This document shows positions 10,061-20,779 of a DNA stretch of 64,000 bases, one piece after another (within the stretch, counting starts at the first letter, position 1; the number at the start of each line of letters is the position of its first letter). Where the stretch lies: the NCBI GenBank assembly GCA_963662405.2, contig CAXXKT010000001.1, forward strand, positions 1,760,001 to 1,824,000, given 5' to 3'. The translations under genes were made by a program, and so were the position numbers. The notes below the pieces were generated by a model. The model did not search any database. It was not told the origin of the DNA and was given only the letters and a program-made list of their open reading frames with translations. This DNA is from Syntrophales bacterium. GTDB taxonomy: Bacteria > Desulfobacterota > Syntrophia > Syntrophales > UBA2210.

Positions 10061-10850
10061 AATTCTGAAAACAGCGTGATCCCCTGATCGATCACCTCGA
10101 AGCCATCAAGGTCAGTGATGCGTTATCGTTGTCTGCTCGATTTACCGGTACCGGATCACCGGTTACATCCGATCATCAGTGGACCAACCGTCCAACAACC
10201 TGTGAATACCGATCGTATGAATTCGGTTTGTCATTGGGTTGGTTCGATAAAAACCTTTCTATTTTTTCCTTCTGTGCCGAAAGCTCCTGATTTCAATATG
10301 GACAAGACAGCCATGCCAGGGACATTTCTTCCAGATGCCAAACCGGTTTTTGCCGCCGATGGTCTCGTAAGGATGAAGGGTGCTTGCTGACCAGAAAGTC
10401 GTTAAGAAGACCGGCCGGTCTTGGGGGTTCCCCCTCTGAAAAATGCCCCGCCTCTTTCCTGAAGCGAATGAAAAACCCCGAACAGGAGATGGGTGAAAGC
10501 TTCCTCCGCGCTTAATAAGGCCGAGGTCCGGTATCCTTCAAGGTGTCATGGATGTTTTTTCAGGAATCTTTTCCGGGATATGTGCATACTGACGGAGCCT
10601 CGAAAAAAATGGGCTTGTAGGATCGCGTGCGAAGGAATGCTTATCGCTCGCCCGGGAGACATTTCTTGACTTTCATGGCAAAGCAAGGAATACAGAAAAC
10701 GGGGGGGAGTAGACCCGGTATCCTCGTATATTCGCCACAGACAGTGTCTCCGGCAATGAGGATGCCTTCTCTCTTTTAATATCCCATGGAGTGTAATGCA
10801 TCACCGGTCTACCGATCGGGAACCCGGGCCATGTCGATCGAGAGAGTGAA

Positions 10851-11669
10851 ATGACATTTACACCGACGGATGCGGCAACGGTTATCCTCCTGCGTCAAGT
10901 CAATGGGGGAAGGCCGGGATTCGAGGTCCTTATGGTCCTCAGAAATGCCGGCAGTTCCTTTGTCCCCGGCTCCTATGTCTTCCCGGGAGGGCGAGTTGAC
11001 GAGGCGGATTGCCATCGAGATATGGAGCAATTCTGTGAAGGCTCCGAACTGGTCATGGCGCAGCGGGAGCTGGATGGAACATCAGCTCCGGAGAAGGCGC
11101 TGGGTATCCGGATCGCCGCTATCAGGGAGACCTTTGAAGAGGTGGGGCTTCTCTTCGCCCGTCATCAAGATGGGTCTCTCATATTGTTGGACGGTGGCGA
11201 TGCCGGTCATCGATTCCGATCCTATCGAAGGCGGGTTCACGGAGGGGAACTGCCTTTTATAGAGGTTTTGCGGCGGGCGAAACTGGTGCTGGCACTTGAC
11301 CGGTTGCACTACTTTTCCCACTGGATTACGCCCGAACTGTCGCCGATCAGGTACGATACACGTTTTTTTGTCGCCGAGGTTCCCTCCGGTCAGGAGGCCC
11401 TGCACGATGGGAAGGAGCTGACGCGACACCTCTGGATAAAGCCTGAAGAGGCGCTCAATCGATACCATGAGCGACGGTTTCATATGGTGGTTCCCACGAT
11501 CGTCACACTGGAGGAACTGGCTCATTTTGAAGCGATTGATGATGTGATTGATTCAACCAAAGGGAAGGGGATCACGGGTGTCATGACGCGCCTCGTTGTT
11601 GAGGGGGATAAGATACGGGAGCATGCCCCCGACGGACGGATTTTTAGAACCCTGGCTCCTCGCCGGTAA
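10851..11669 (+). CDS. NUDIX hydrolase (NUDT19-like)
   Basis: AATVILLR, VFPGGRVD, AAIRETFEEVG Nudix box, HWITP..SPIRYDTRFF. Confidence 0.88.
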   Translation: MTFTPTDAATVILLRQVNGGRPGFEVLMVLRNAGSSFVPGSYVFPGGRVDEADCHRDMEQFCEGSELVMAQRELDGTSAPEKALGIRIAAIRETFEEVGLLFARHQDGSLILLDGGDAGHRFRSYRRRVHGGELPFIEVLRRAKLVLALDRLHYFSHWITPELSPIRYDTRFFVAEVPSGQEALHDGKELTRHLWIKPEEALNRYHERRFHMVVPTIVTLEELAHFEAIDDVIDSTKGKGITGVMTRLVVEGDKIREHAPDGRIFRTLAPRR

Positions 11670-11968
11670 GCGCGTATCGCGGGGGGCACGCGCATAATGA
11701 GAGTCGGCGTGAACAACGGACGAGAATACGGTGATGTCTCCAGAAGAGTCGGTCACCCGGTTTGTCGTCGATGGTGAGGAACTGATCTCTGAGATCTGTC
11801 GGGAGGGAAACCGGGGGAGGGACATCCTGCTCCCGGGCGGGTATCCCCAATGTCGCTGTCATGGTCAATGCGAGGTGTGGGGATTGTTTGGTCAGTACCT
11901 ATGTTTTGCATTCCGGTGTTGGGACAGATCGGCCGCTACGGAAACCTCAGCACCACCTGCATCGACGA

Positions 11969-13382
11969 TCAGGAAACGACAGGCCAGAGGGTGTTCCACG
12001 GGCGTGCCTTCTCGTAGGCCCGCGAAGCCTGAAGCACCAGTTCGTCCCGGTAGCGGGGGCCGATGATCTGGAGCCCCGCCGGCATCCCTTTTTCCGTGAA
12101 TCCCGCCGGTACGGATGCGGCCGGATGCCCCGAGAGGTTGAAGGGATAGGTGAAGGCCACCGCGTCGAAGATGGAGGTGGGGCGGCCGTCTATCACTGTC
12201 GGGGGGGGGCCTCCGGCGGCAAAGGCCTCCGTGGGCATCGTCGGTGTGAGGAGGAGATCGAAGCGCTCGAAGAGGTTCCAGAGAATCCGGTTCTGCTCGG
12301 TTTTGACCTGTTGCGCCTCAAGGAGCTGCTCGAGAGTCAGTGAGCGGGCCTCTATGAGGGTTGCCACCAGTGCTCTCCCCATCTCACTGCCGTACTTTTC
12401 CAGGTATTCATGCATTGTCCCGTAGATGTTAAGGCTGAAGAGTTTCGACCAGGCGTCGACCACGTTGGGCATTGCCTCCTCCAAGAGGACCACGGTATGT
12501 CCCCATCTCTTCGAAGGCGTGGACCGCCTCCTCGATGCGGGCCATGACGGTCGCGTTGAACGGTCGCATACCCCAGGGTAGGGCTGAAGGCGATCGTGAG
12601 ACCTTGGGGGATGTTCTCCAGACTATGGAGGTACGAGATCCCCGGGTGAGGGAGCGAGTCGGGTGCCGACGGGTGGTGCCCCGCCGTGCAGTCCAGGTAA
12701 AGGGCCGCATCCTCCACGGTTCTCGTCAGGGGGCCGAGGGAGACGATGGGATTCATGTTGAGGATCGGGAGGGGCCCCATGGGGATCCTCCCGTAGGTGG
12801 GTTTGATCCCGAAACACCCCGTATAGGAGGCGGGAATGCGGATTGACCCGCCGCTCGTCGGAGCCGGACGCCACGGGGATCATCCCGGCGGCAACCGCCG
12901 CCGCCGACCCGCCGCTGGATCCACCCGACGTTCGCTCGAGATTCCAAGGGTTCCGAGTAACCCCGAAGAGGCGGTTCTTGCAGAATCCCGTCGATCCGAA
13001 TTCCGGCGTGTTTGGTCTTGCCCACCACGATGGCACCGGCCTCCCTGAGGCGTGCCACCTGCACTGAATCCTCTGTTGCAACGTTGTTTCTGAAAGGAAC
13101 GGAGCCGAAACTGGTTACCATCCCGGCGACATCCTCGAGGTCTTTCACACCGATGGGCAGCCCTGCGAGGGGGGGTGGGGTCGCCCCCGCCGCGATCGAT
13201 TTGGTGAGACCGCTCGCCTCATTCAGTGCCCGATCGGCATCTATTGAGACGAAGGCGTTCAGGGAAGGGTTTGCCTTCTCTATCCGTCTCAGCGTATCTT
13301 CCATCACCTCCAGAGGTGTGAATTCCCCCGACATGATACGACCAATGAGTTCCCGCGCCGATGTGTACGAGATCAATGACAT
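11969..13382 (-). pseudogene. Amidase-signature family amidase with four +1 frameshifts (pseudogene or sequencing error)
   Basis: [42 protein letters not shown] and GLQI motifs are spread over five frame segments. Removing 4 single-base insertions gives one 469-aa ORF. Confidence 0.85.
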
Positions 13383-13428
13383 GCCTTCCCCCCCTTTTTT
13401 TCTGTAGCGTATCGCTACCTACCGCCAT

Positions 13429-13457
13429 ACGCTAGTAAAAAAAGATTCTTTGGTCAA
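13429..13457 (-). promoter_or_regulatory. Candidate sigma70 promoter for amidase
   Basis: TTGACC-N17-TAGCGT on minus strand. Confidence 0.45.
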
Positions 13458-13476
13458 GGGAATAGGGAAGGAGCCA

Positions 13477-14118
13477 TCATATAGGGCCGGCGGCTCCGGT
13501 CTCATCGGCGCTTTTGAGGTGTGCCGAATAGCTGCCGTGGCGGAGCGCTTCAACCAGTTCCTTGTCGGTCATGATCGGAGAAGGGAAGAGGGTATAGGCC
13601 CGCCCCACCGTGAGTAGGCCGTGGGCGTCGGAGCCCCCGATTCCTTTGAGGCCCAACATTGCCGCCGCTTGGAGGGCGAGCCGGTTGTTCTCCGGGGAGA
13701 CGCTGGCGTTGGCGACCTCGATGGCGTAGAGCCCCTGGAGTGCCAGGACCAGATCTCCCAGCATCCCGCCGACCATGTCCGTCTGGTAGGGGTGGGCTGG
13801 GATAGCTACACCACCTCGAGTTTGGACCCAGTCGATCGCCTTCTGCATCGGGAGTCCTGAGAGGAGATCTCCTCGGCCGGCCTTGACCCCGAAGACGAGG
13901 AGGTGTCCCTCCGCCGCCCGGTACTCCATCCCCCTGAATATGGGAAAGCCGTTCTCTCGTGATATCTCCTCGAAGGGCGCGCTAAGGCTATGGGAATGAT
14001 GCTCGGTAACGCAGACGGCATCAAGACCCACCGCCCGGGCCCGCGGTACGAGATCTTCGGGGTTAATATTGGAATCGCCCCCTAGGGCGCTGTGGATATG
14101 GAGATCAATCTTAAACAT
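13477..14118 (-). CDS. PHP-domain metal-dependent phosphoesterase
   Basis: IDLHIHS, VTEH, AHP and GGSDAH metal-binding motifs. Confidence 0.88.
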   Translation of the reverse strand: MFKIDLHIHSALGGDSNINPEDLVPRARAVGLDAVCVTEHHSHSLSAPFEEISRENGFPIFRGMEYRAAEGHLLVFGVKAGRGDLLSGLPMQKAIDWVQTRGGVAIPAHPYQTDMVGGMLGDLVLALQGLYAIEVANASVSPENNRLALQAAAMLGLKGIGGSDAHGLLTVGRAYTLFPSPIMTDKELVEALRHGSYSAHLKSADETGAAGPI

Positions 14119-14205
14119 GACACCCTCCCGCCACATGGAAGCGGGGCCTTCGGGTCCCGCCTATCCATTCTGACTGGAGCACCATAGAGAAAAGAGGGGA
14201 GGTTG

Positions 14206-15141
14206 TCAAGGAAGGAAGTCTTTAATAATCCGCTCGGCATTTCCTCCGAGGATGGCGTCGATCTCCTCCTCGGTGAAGCGGATCCCGTCAGGTGCCTCCT
14301 CGGGGAGAGACCGCATCATCTGTATATACTCTCCGGTCGGGATCGTGGGATCGAAGATCGGACCGTCCGTTCCGAAGAGGATCTTGTCACATCCGGCCTT
14401 GTCGATGGCTTCTCGCAATTCCCTGCAGAAGAGGGGGAAGTTCCGTTTCGCCAGGGTCTGCCACTCGGCCATGTCGCCGTAAAGATGCGGCTGTGTGTAG
14501 GCCAGCCCCGCCCAGTCGCGCCACCAGTACTGCCCCATATGGGCGGCGATAACGGTCATGTCGGGGAAATCCGTGGCAAGGGGATCCAAGAGTAGAGGAT
14601 GGGCATAGGTCCCCCCCTTCCCCGGGGGTATGATAGGGCCGGTATGGATGAGGACGACCCCTCCGGCCTCCTGGACGATCTCGTAGAGACGGTATGCCTC
14701 CTTGCCATTCGGGTAGTAGCCGTGGTCGGGATGGAGCTTGAGCCCCTTGAGGCCGTAGTCCTCGAGACAACGATGCATCAGATCCGTCGCCACGGGGCGT
14801 CGAGGATCGACCCCGGCGAGGCCGACAAACCGGTCGGGATGCCGTCGAGCGATCGCCCCCGTCCGTTCGTTGACCGTATCAGCCACCTGGAGGGTGCTCC
14901 CCTTGACCGCCGCATTGTCCACCGCGCAGAAAACGGTGACGTCGACACCGTCAGCGTCCATTTTCCTGAGCAGTTTTTCACCGTCCGGGTCCGCAAAATC
15001 ATCGTGTGCGAGAGCTGCCAGTGTTTCGAGATCGAGGTCGATTGCCAGCTTCTTCGCCGTCTCGAATGCCCATTGGGCGACGACGCGGGCCGCCCCCTTG
15101 CCGAGGCGATACATCATGTGGTAGTGAGTATCGATAATCAT
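14206..15141 (-). CDS. Amidohydrolase family protein (Amidohydro_2)
   Basis: IIDTHYH, GLKLHP, IHTG, AHMG, LFGTDGP, ILGGNA. Confidence 0.9.
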   Translation of the reverse strand: MIIDTHYHMMYRLGKGAARVVAQWAFETAKKLAIDLDLETLAALAHDDFADPDGEKLLRKMDADGVDVTVFCAVDNAAVKGSTLQVADTVNERTGAIARRHPDRFVGLAGVDPRRPVATDLMHRCLEDYGLKGLKLHPDHGYYPNGKEAYRLYEIVQEAGGVVLIHTGPIIPPGKGGTYAHPLLLDPLATDFPDMTVIAAHMGQYWWRDWAGLAYTQPHLYGDMAEWQTLAKRNFPLFCRELREAIDKAGCDKILFGTDGPIFDPTIPTGEYIQMMRSLPEEAPDGIRFTEEEIDAILGGNAERIIKDFLP

Positions 15142-15248
15142 CGGTGCCGTTTCCCCCCTGTTTTGAATTGGACCGGATTTTCTGAAGAAAAGCTCTTTGA
15201 TTATGTACTGATCCGACTGGGGGAAGTCAAGAAGAGATAACGGGGAAG

Positions 15249-15277
15249 TTGACAGGGGTAAAACCTTTCACTATACT
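15249..15277 (+). promoter_or_regulatory. sigma70-type promoter for SDR operon
   Basis: TTGACA-N17-TATACT, near-consensus, upstream of ATG 15324. Confidence 0.75.
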
Positions 15278-15323
15278 CCTCTCGCGTACACAATTCGATA
15301 CACAGCGAAGGAGGGAGCGGTGG

Positions 15324-16085
15324 ATGGAAACGACATTTGATCTCAGGGGGAAGGTGGCGATCGTGACCGGCGGGGGGAGGGGAATCGGACGTGCGATAGC
15401 GCTTGGTTTGGCAGAAGCCGGGGCCTCTGTCGTGGTTGCCGGGAGGACCATTGAGCAGCTCGATGCGGTGGCACAGGAGATTGCCGTGCTCGGTGGCCGG
15501 GTGCTTCCTGTTGAGACGGATTTGACGGATGGGGATCAGATCGAGAACCTCGCCGCAGAGGCGGTCAAGAACTTTGGCAGGATCGATATCCTCGTGAACA
15601 ACGCGGCGCGGAGCTTTCTGCGAAGCCTCCTCGAACTGCGCGAGGACGGATGGGACAAGGTCTTCGACACGAATGTCAAGGCCGCCTGGCTTCTGAGTCG
15701 TGCCGTGGCACGTGTCATGATAGAGCAGAAGGGGGGACGGATCATCAACATCACCACGGTAGGGGCCGAGAAGGCGGAGTTGGGGATGGCCGCGTACGGC
15801 TGCAGCAAGGCGGCACTGAAGATGCTGACACGGTGCATGGCGCGTGAATGGGCCCCCTTCGGGATCCTCGTCAACGCCGTCGGTCCGGGGCTCACGCGAA
15901 CGGATTTCAGCAAGCCCATCTGGTCGAACCCGGATATCGCGAAGCACGTCGAATCCCAGCTTCCCATGGGCCGCCTGGCGGAGCCGGAGGAGATTGTCGG
16001 GTCCGTCTTGTTCCTGGCCTCTGACCTGGCCAACTATATCACCGGCCATTCCATCTATGTCGACGGCGGAGCGTTGACGACATAG
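15324..16085 (+). CDS. Short-chain dehydrogenase/reductase
   Basis: TGGGRGIG, LVNNA, catalytic YGCSK, VDGG. Confidence 0.92.
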   Translation: METTFDLRGKVAIVTGGGRGIGRAIALGLAEAGASVVVAGRTIEQLDAVAQEIAVLGGRVLPVETDLTDGDQIENLAAEAVKNFGRIDILVNNAARSFLRSLLELREDGWDKVFDTNVKAAWLLSRAVARVMIEQKGGRIINITTVGAEKAELGMAAYGCSKAALKMLTRCMAREWAPFGILVNAVGPGLTRTDFSKPIWSNPDIAKHVESQLPMGRLAEPEEIVGSVLFLASDLANYITGHSIYVDGGALTT

Positions 16086-16190
16086 CCTCGACTGTGGAAC
16101 GGGGAACGGTCTTGGTCCATCTGCGAAGTGGCGGGGAAGATTGTCTGTTGTGAAAGCCGGGGTGATCCCCGGATGTGTGGAGGAGAGTAT

Positions 16191-17681
16191 ATGAGTTGTG
16201 TTGAGCGGAAGCTGTGCGATGCCGATCAGTTTGATCGGATCTTCCATCCCGAACACCTGGCGATTATTGGGGTATCGGCGAAGGGAGGCGGATTCGGTGG
16301 GGGAATTCTCATGTCTCTCAGGGAGATCGGATTCGAAGGAACCATATATCCGGTGAATGCGCGCGGGGGAGAATTCGCCGGGATGAAGATATACAAAAAT
16401 GTCGAGGAGATTCCCACCGAAATAGACTTTGCCATTATCGCAGTTCCTGCCGGGTCTGTTCCTGACACCCTTGAGGCCTGTCGAAAAAAAGGGGCGGCCG
16501 GGGCGGAGGTCCTCTCCGCCGGGTTCAGCGAACTGGATACACCGGAGGGGGTTGCCCTGGAGGAGCGAATCCGAGAGGTCGCTGCGCGGGGAATCAGGGT
16601 TGTCGGTCCCAACTGTTTCGGCATTTACTGCCCCCGGAGCGGTCTGACCTTGCTGCCGGGTCCGGATCTTTCCCGCGAGAGCGGATCGGTTGCCTTTCTC
16701 GCACAGAGTGGGGGAATGTCGATCGATTTCTCACATATCGGGAAATGGATGGGGGTCCATTTCAGCAAGGTGGTAAGCTTTGGAAACGGGGCCGACCTGC
16801 GCGAGGTGGAGCTGATCGATTACTTCGGGGATGATCCGGAGACGACGGTCATTGCAACTTATACGGAAGGGGTGGAGGATGGCCCTGCCTTTATCGATGT
16901 CCTGAAAAGGGTGACGCGAAGGAAACCGGTGATTGTCTACAAGGGAGGGCTCTCCGAGGCAGGGGGGCGGGCCGTGGCCAGTCATACGGCCTCCATGGGA
17001 GGGAGCAGGGTCATCTGGGAAGCGCTCCTCCGGCAGTGCAACGCCGTCCAGGTTTCAAGTCTGTGGGAACTGGCCCAGACGAGCCTGGCCTTTTCGATGC
17101 TCCCCGAGCGGATCTACCGGGGGATCACCGTCGCCGGCGGGGGCGGGGCCTTGGGTATTGCCGCCTGTGACGCTGCCGAGACTATGGGTATCCAGCTTCC
17201 TCAACTCGATCCCGCCATTACCGATGCAATCATGGAGATTCTTCCCAAACCCGGGTCAAGTGCCAATAATCCGATCGATGTGGCGAACCCGCACGTGCCG
17301 CCGCATATCCTGAAGGAGACACTCCTCCGGGCGGCACAGGATGAGAATGTCGATCTCCAGATCCTGATACAACTCCTCTATCACTACAAGCCAATGGCCA
17401 TCTTTTCCGGCCAGCCGGTCAAGGAGGTGACTCCCTTCAGGGAACTGGCCGCCGCCGTCGGAGAAGTGGTGGCAACAACGGGTAAACCGGTGATCCTCGT
17501 GACCCCCAACGTCAAGCAGGGGATCGAATCACTCGATATCGAGGAAATGCTCCGCGAGGCGCGGGCCGCCTTCCTGGCGGAAGGGGTTCCCGTCTTTGAC
17601 GATCTCGAAGACGCGCTCCGGGCCGTCAACCACATATCCCGGTATCGTGCCCGAAACGAGGCCCGGGAACGGAAGACCTGA
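16191..17681 (+). CDS. Acyl-CoA synthetase (NDP-forming) alpha subunit / CoA-binding protein
   Basis: IIGVS, YPVN, GPNCFG, QSG, SFGN and ASHTAS (phospho-His site); no ATP-grasp domain. Confidence 0.88.
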   Translation: MSCVERKLCDADQFDRIFHPEHLAIIGVSAKGGGFGGGILMSLREIGFEGTIYPVNARGGEFAGMKIYKNVEEIPTEIDFAIIAVPAGSVPDTLEACRKKGAAGAEVLSAGFSELDTPEGVALEERIREVAARGIRVVGPNCFGIYCPRSGLTLLPGPDLSRESGSVAFLAQSGGMSIDFSHIGKWMGVHFSKVVSFGNGADLREVELIDYFGDDPETTVIATYTEGVEDGPAFIDVLKRVTRRKPVIVYKGGLSEAGGRAVASHTASMGGSRVIWEALLRQCNAVQVSSLWELAQTSLAFSMLPERIYRGITVAGGGGALGIAACDAAETMGIQLPQLDPAITDAIMEILPKPGSSANNPIDVANPHVPPHILKETLLRAAQDENVDLQILIQLLYHYKPMAIFSGQPVKEVTPFRELAAAVGEVVATTGKPVILVTPNVKQGIESLDIEEMLREARAAFLAEGVPVFDDLEDALRAVNHISRYRARNEARERKT

Positions 17682-17750
17682 TGTGGGACCTGCATAATAT
17701 CTCTATACCAATTAATCTGTGATGCAGGGAAAAAAGGGGGGGGAACACCG

Positions 17751-19031
17751 GTGGTCTCTGGAGAAAAACCCATCGTCTACTACGGATGGTACATCGTCCT
17801 TATTGCGTTTGTTGCCAATTTCATGTCCGTGGGGACCAGTTTTTACATCTTCAATGCCTTCATGGAACCGCTGAGCGAGGCGCATGGCTGGTCAAGGACC
17901 GCTCTGAACATGGCCCTCGTCATGGGGATGGTTGCCGGATTTGTCGGGCAGTTTCTTGCCGGGACCCTGGTCATGAGAACCGGTCCGCGGATCCTAATGT
18001 TGATCGGCCCCATCTTTTCCGGTGGGGCCTGCATCATGCTCGGCTGGGCAGATGTCCTGTGGCAGTTCTATACCCTGTATGTTCTCTTGTATCTCGGGAG
18101 TATGACCTATGGCGGCGTGGTGGCCAACACGGCCGTTAACAACTGGTTTGTTCGCAAGAAGGGAAAGGCGCTGGGATTCGCCAGCGCGGGGATATCCTTT
18201 TCCGGTGCCGTTCTTCCCCTTATCGCCATGGGACTGATACTCCACAGCACGATATCGGGAGCCTTTCTGTGGATCGGGTTTTTGACCATGGCCGTCGGTC
18301 CTCTGTCGTGGCTCGTGATCCGGGACTGGCCTGAGCAGATCGGTCTTCACCCTGACGGTCTTCCATTGGCAGGCCTGCGCGGTTCTCAGGCCCTCGATGG
18401 CCAGCAGGAACGGCAGGTCGACGGTGTTGAAAGGGAAGAATCATGGACCCTTCGCCGCCTGATCGGATCGGGGACGTTCTGGAAGGTTGGACTCTCGCTG
18501 GGCTTGGCACTGACCAGTGTCGGCGCGGTGATGTCGCAGCTCAAACCGCGGTTTACCGATATCGGGTTCGATGATATGACGGCGATGTGGTTGATGGCGC
18601 TGACGGCCTGTATCGGCGCCATTGCGAAGTATCTTTGGGGGATGTGGTCCGACCGCTTTGACCCCCGGCGCGTCTTCGCCGTTCTCGTATCGATGATGGC
18701 CCTCGGCCTGAGTCTTGCCCTCGTCCACGATTCGCTTGTCGCTCTTGTCCTCTTTATTGTCATATTCGGTTTTGCCATGGGAGGGGTCATGTCACTTTTC
18801 CCGATCATCGTTGCCGACCTCTACGGCCGTGAATCGTTTGCCGCGGTCTTCAGGTATGTTTCCCTGATCGTAATCATCGAGGTCTTCGGTTTTGTCATTG
18901 CGGGGCAGAGCTTCGACCGGACCGGCTCCTACGACTTGGCGTACGTCATCTTTATCATATTGGCGCTGATTGCCGCCTATCTGATCGCGACGACCAGACG
19001 GCCTCAGATCGACGGCGAGACACAACGGTAA
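17751..19031 (+). CDS. MFS transporter (MCT/OFA-like)
   Basis: YYGWYIV start, about 12 hydrophobic segments, NWFVRKKGKALG, FDRTGSY. Confidence 0.88.
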   Translation: MVSGEKPIVYYGWYIVLIAFVANFMSVGTSFYIFNAFMEPLSEAHGWSRTALNMALVMGMVAGFVGQFLAGTLVMRTGPRILMLIGPIFSGGACIMLGWADVLWQFYTLYVLLYLGSMTYGGVVANTAVNNWFVRKKGKALGFASAGISFSGAVLPLIAMGLILHSTISGAFLWIGFLTMAVGPLSWLVIRDWPEQIGLHPDGLPLAGLRGSQALDGQQERQVDGVEREESWTLRRLIGSGTFWKVGLSLGLALTSVGAVMSQLKPRFTDIGFDDMTAMWLMALTACIGAIAKYLWGMWSDRFDPRRVFAVLVSMMALGLSLALVHDSLVALVLFIVIFGFAMGGVMSLFPIIVADLYGRESFAAVFRYVSLIVIIEVFGFVIAGQSFDRTGSYDLAYVIFIILALIAAYLIATTRRPQIDGETQR

Positions 19032-19054
19032 TCATCATAACTCTCACCCTGGGG

Positions 19055-20266
19055 ATGGTGACTCAAAAAGGAGAAAAAGTGGCTGGACCTTTGCGGGGAC
19101 TCAAGATTTTGGATTTCACCACGCTCCTTCCGGGGCCGTACGCGACTATGGGACTCGCGGATATGGGGGCCGATGTTCTTCGGATCGTCTCCGGTTCCCG
19201 CCCGGACCTCACCGCCCTTGCCCCGCCTTTCATCCCGGGGACGGATATCTCGTTCGCCACGGCTTGTCTTGGGCGGGGGAAGCGATGCATGACGTTGAAC
19301 CTGAAGGACCGTCGTGCCGTTGAAATTATTCATCGTCTCTTGGCGCGATACAACATCCTGATCGAGCAGTTCCGCCCCGGTGTGATGGAGAAGCTCGGAC
19401 TCGGGTACCATGCTCTCAGGGACGTCAATCCCGCCCTCATCTATTGTTCCCTCACGGGGTACGGCCAGACGGGGCCGTACCGTGGCCGGGTGGGGCATGA
19501 TATCAACTACCTGGCGCGCTCGGGGCTCATGGCGTACTCGGGGAGAAAGGAGGGGGGACCCACCCTCACGGGAATGCAGATCGCCGATGTCGCTGCCGGT
19601 TCCAACAACGCCGTCATCGGGATCCTCGCCGCGTTTATCGCCCGCCATGAAACGGGGAGGGGACAGCAGGTTGATGTCTCCATGACCGACGGCGTCATCG
19701 CCTTCAACGCCCTGGCGGGGAACGCCTGCCTGGTGGAGGAGGAGAACAATCCCGGTCGCGAGTCTTTCCTCCTGAACGGGGGGTCTCTCTACGATTTCTA
19801 CGAGACGATGGGTGGAGGATACATCAGCCTCGGGGCCCTCGAGCCGCAGTTCTTTGCCGCCTTCTGCGAGGGGATCGGCCGGCCCGACCTGGCGGCGGGA
19901 GGGATCTCTCCCGCGAATGTCGGGGAGGTCAAGGAAGAGATCCGGGCAATCATCCGGACAAAGACGCGCGACGAATGGACGGCGATATTCGAAGGGACGG
20001 ATGCCTGTGTCGAGTCGGTCCTGACCCTCTCCGAGGCCTTGGGGAGTGACCATGCCCGTGAGCGATCCCTGGTGATTGAAGCCGATCTCCCGACAGGGGG
20101 GACGGTGAGACAGATTGCCCACCCCATCACCTTTTCGGAGACGAGACAGGAATACCGGTCGGCCGGAGTTCACGCCGGGGTGCATACGAAAGAGGTCATG
20201 CGCGAGCTGGGATATGCCGACGCCGAGATAGATGCATGGGAAGAGGAGGGGCTTTTCAGCTCTTAA
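19055..20266 (+). CDS. Family III CoA-transferase / alpha-methylacyl-CoA racemase-like
   Basis: GPLRGLKILDF, LPGP, EQFRPGVMEKLGLGY, GYGQTGP, GHDINYLA. Confidence 0.92.
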   Translation: MVTQKGEKVAGPLRGLKILDFTTLLPGPYATMGLADMGADVLRIVSGSRPDLTALAPPFIPGTDISFATACLGRGKRCMTLNLKDRRAVEIIHRLLARYNILIEQFRPGVMEKLGLGYHALRDVNPALIYCSLTGYGQTGPYRGRVGHDINYLARSGLMAYSGRKEGGPTLTGMQIADVAAGSNNAVIGILAAFIARHETGRGQQVDVSMTDGVIAFNALAGNACLVEEENNPGRESFLLNGGSLYDFYETMGGGYISLGALEPQFFAAFCEGIGRPDLAAGGISPANVGEVKEEIRAIIRTKTRDEWTAIFEGTDACVESVLTLSEALGSDHARERSLVIEADLPTGGTVRQIAHPITFSETRQEYRSAGVHAGVHTKEVMRELGYADAEIDAWEEEGLFSS

Positions 20267-20766
20267 ACATTCGGGATGTCCCCTTCTCCCGACCGGTCGG
20301 GAGAAGGGGCATATCTCATGACGTACTTGAGGGTATCTTCCTTGCAGGCTTCAAACCCGAGTCGCCGGTAGAGGGTGACCGCCGGATTGACCTTGTCAAC
20401 CTCAAATAAGACCTCTCTGTCGGTCGCATCCGCTTCACGGATGATCTCCCTCAGTATGCGGGAGCCGATACCTTTATTCCGGTAGGCCGGCAGCAATGAG
20501 AGATTGGTTACCCGGATACTCTGAAAATCAGAGTTGATCTGCAGCCTGCCGATCCGTTTGGATGCATGGACGATGACATGGTCTTCGGAAGAGGGGTATC
20601 GACTCTGGACGGACTGCTCAAAAGCGATGAACTGCTGTGCCATCAATCGTTCCCGGGCCTGTCGCGGCCAGGAGCCAGCGTGCAACTCGGCTGTTTTGAC
20701 CTCGCCGAAAAGCATCAAAAGAAAATCCGCGTCACGCTCGTCTCTCTTCCTCAGGCAAACGTCCAT
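20263..20766 (-). CDS. GNAT family N-acetyltransferase
   Basis: LLPAYRNKGIGS acetyl-CoA motif, NPAVTLYRRLGF; directly downstream of the tail-collar genes. Confidence 0.88.
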   Translation of the reverse strand: MDVCLRKRDERDADFLLMLFGEVKTAELHAGSWPRQARERLMAQQFIAFEQSVQSRYPSSEDHVIVHASKRIGRLQINSDFQSIRVTNLSLLPAYRNKGIGSRILREIIREADATDREVLFEVDKVNPAVTLYRRLGFEACKEDTLKYVMRYAPSPDRSGEGDIPNV

Positions 20767-20779
20767 GTGCCGACATCCC

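Noticed and set aside
10720..10762. Purine or yybP-ykoY riboswitch (CTCGTATA and GGGGAGTAG look-alikes)
   Set aside because: Too short and lacks the other conserved junction sequences.
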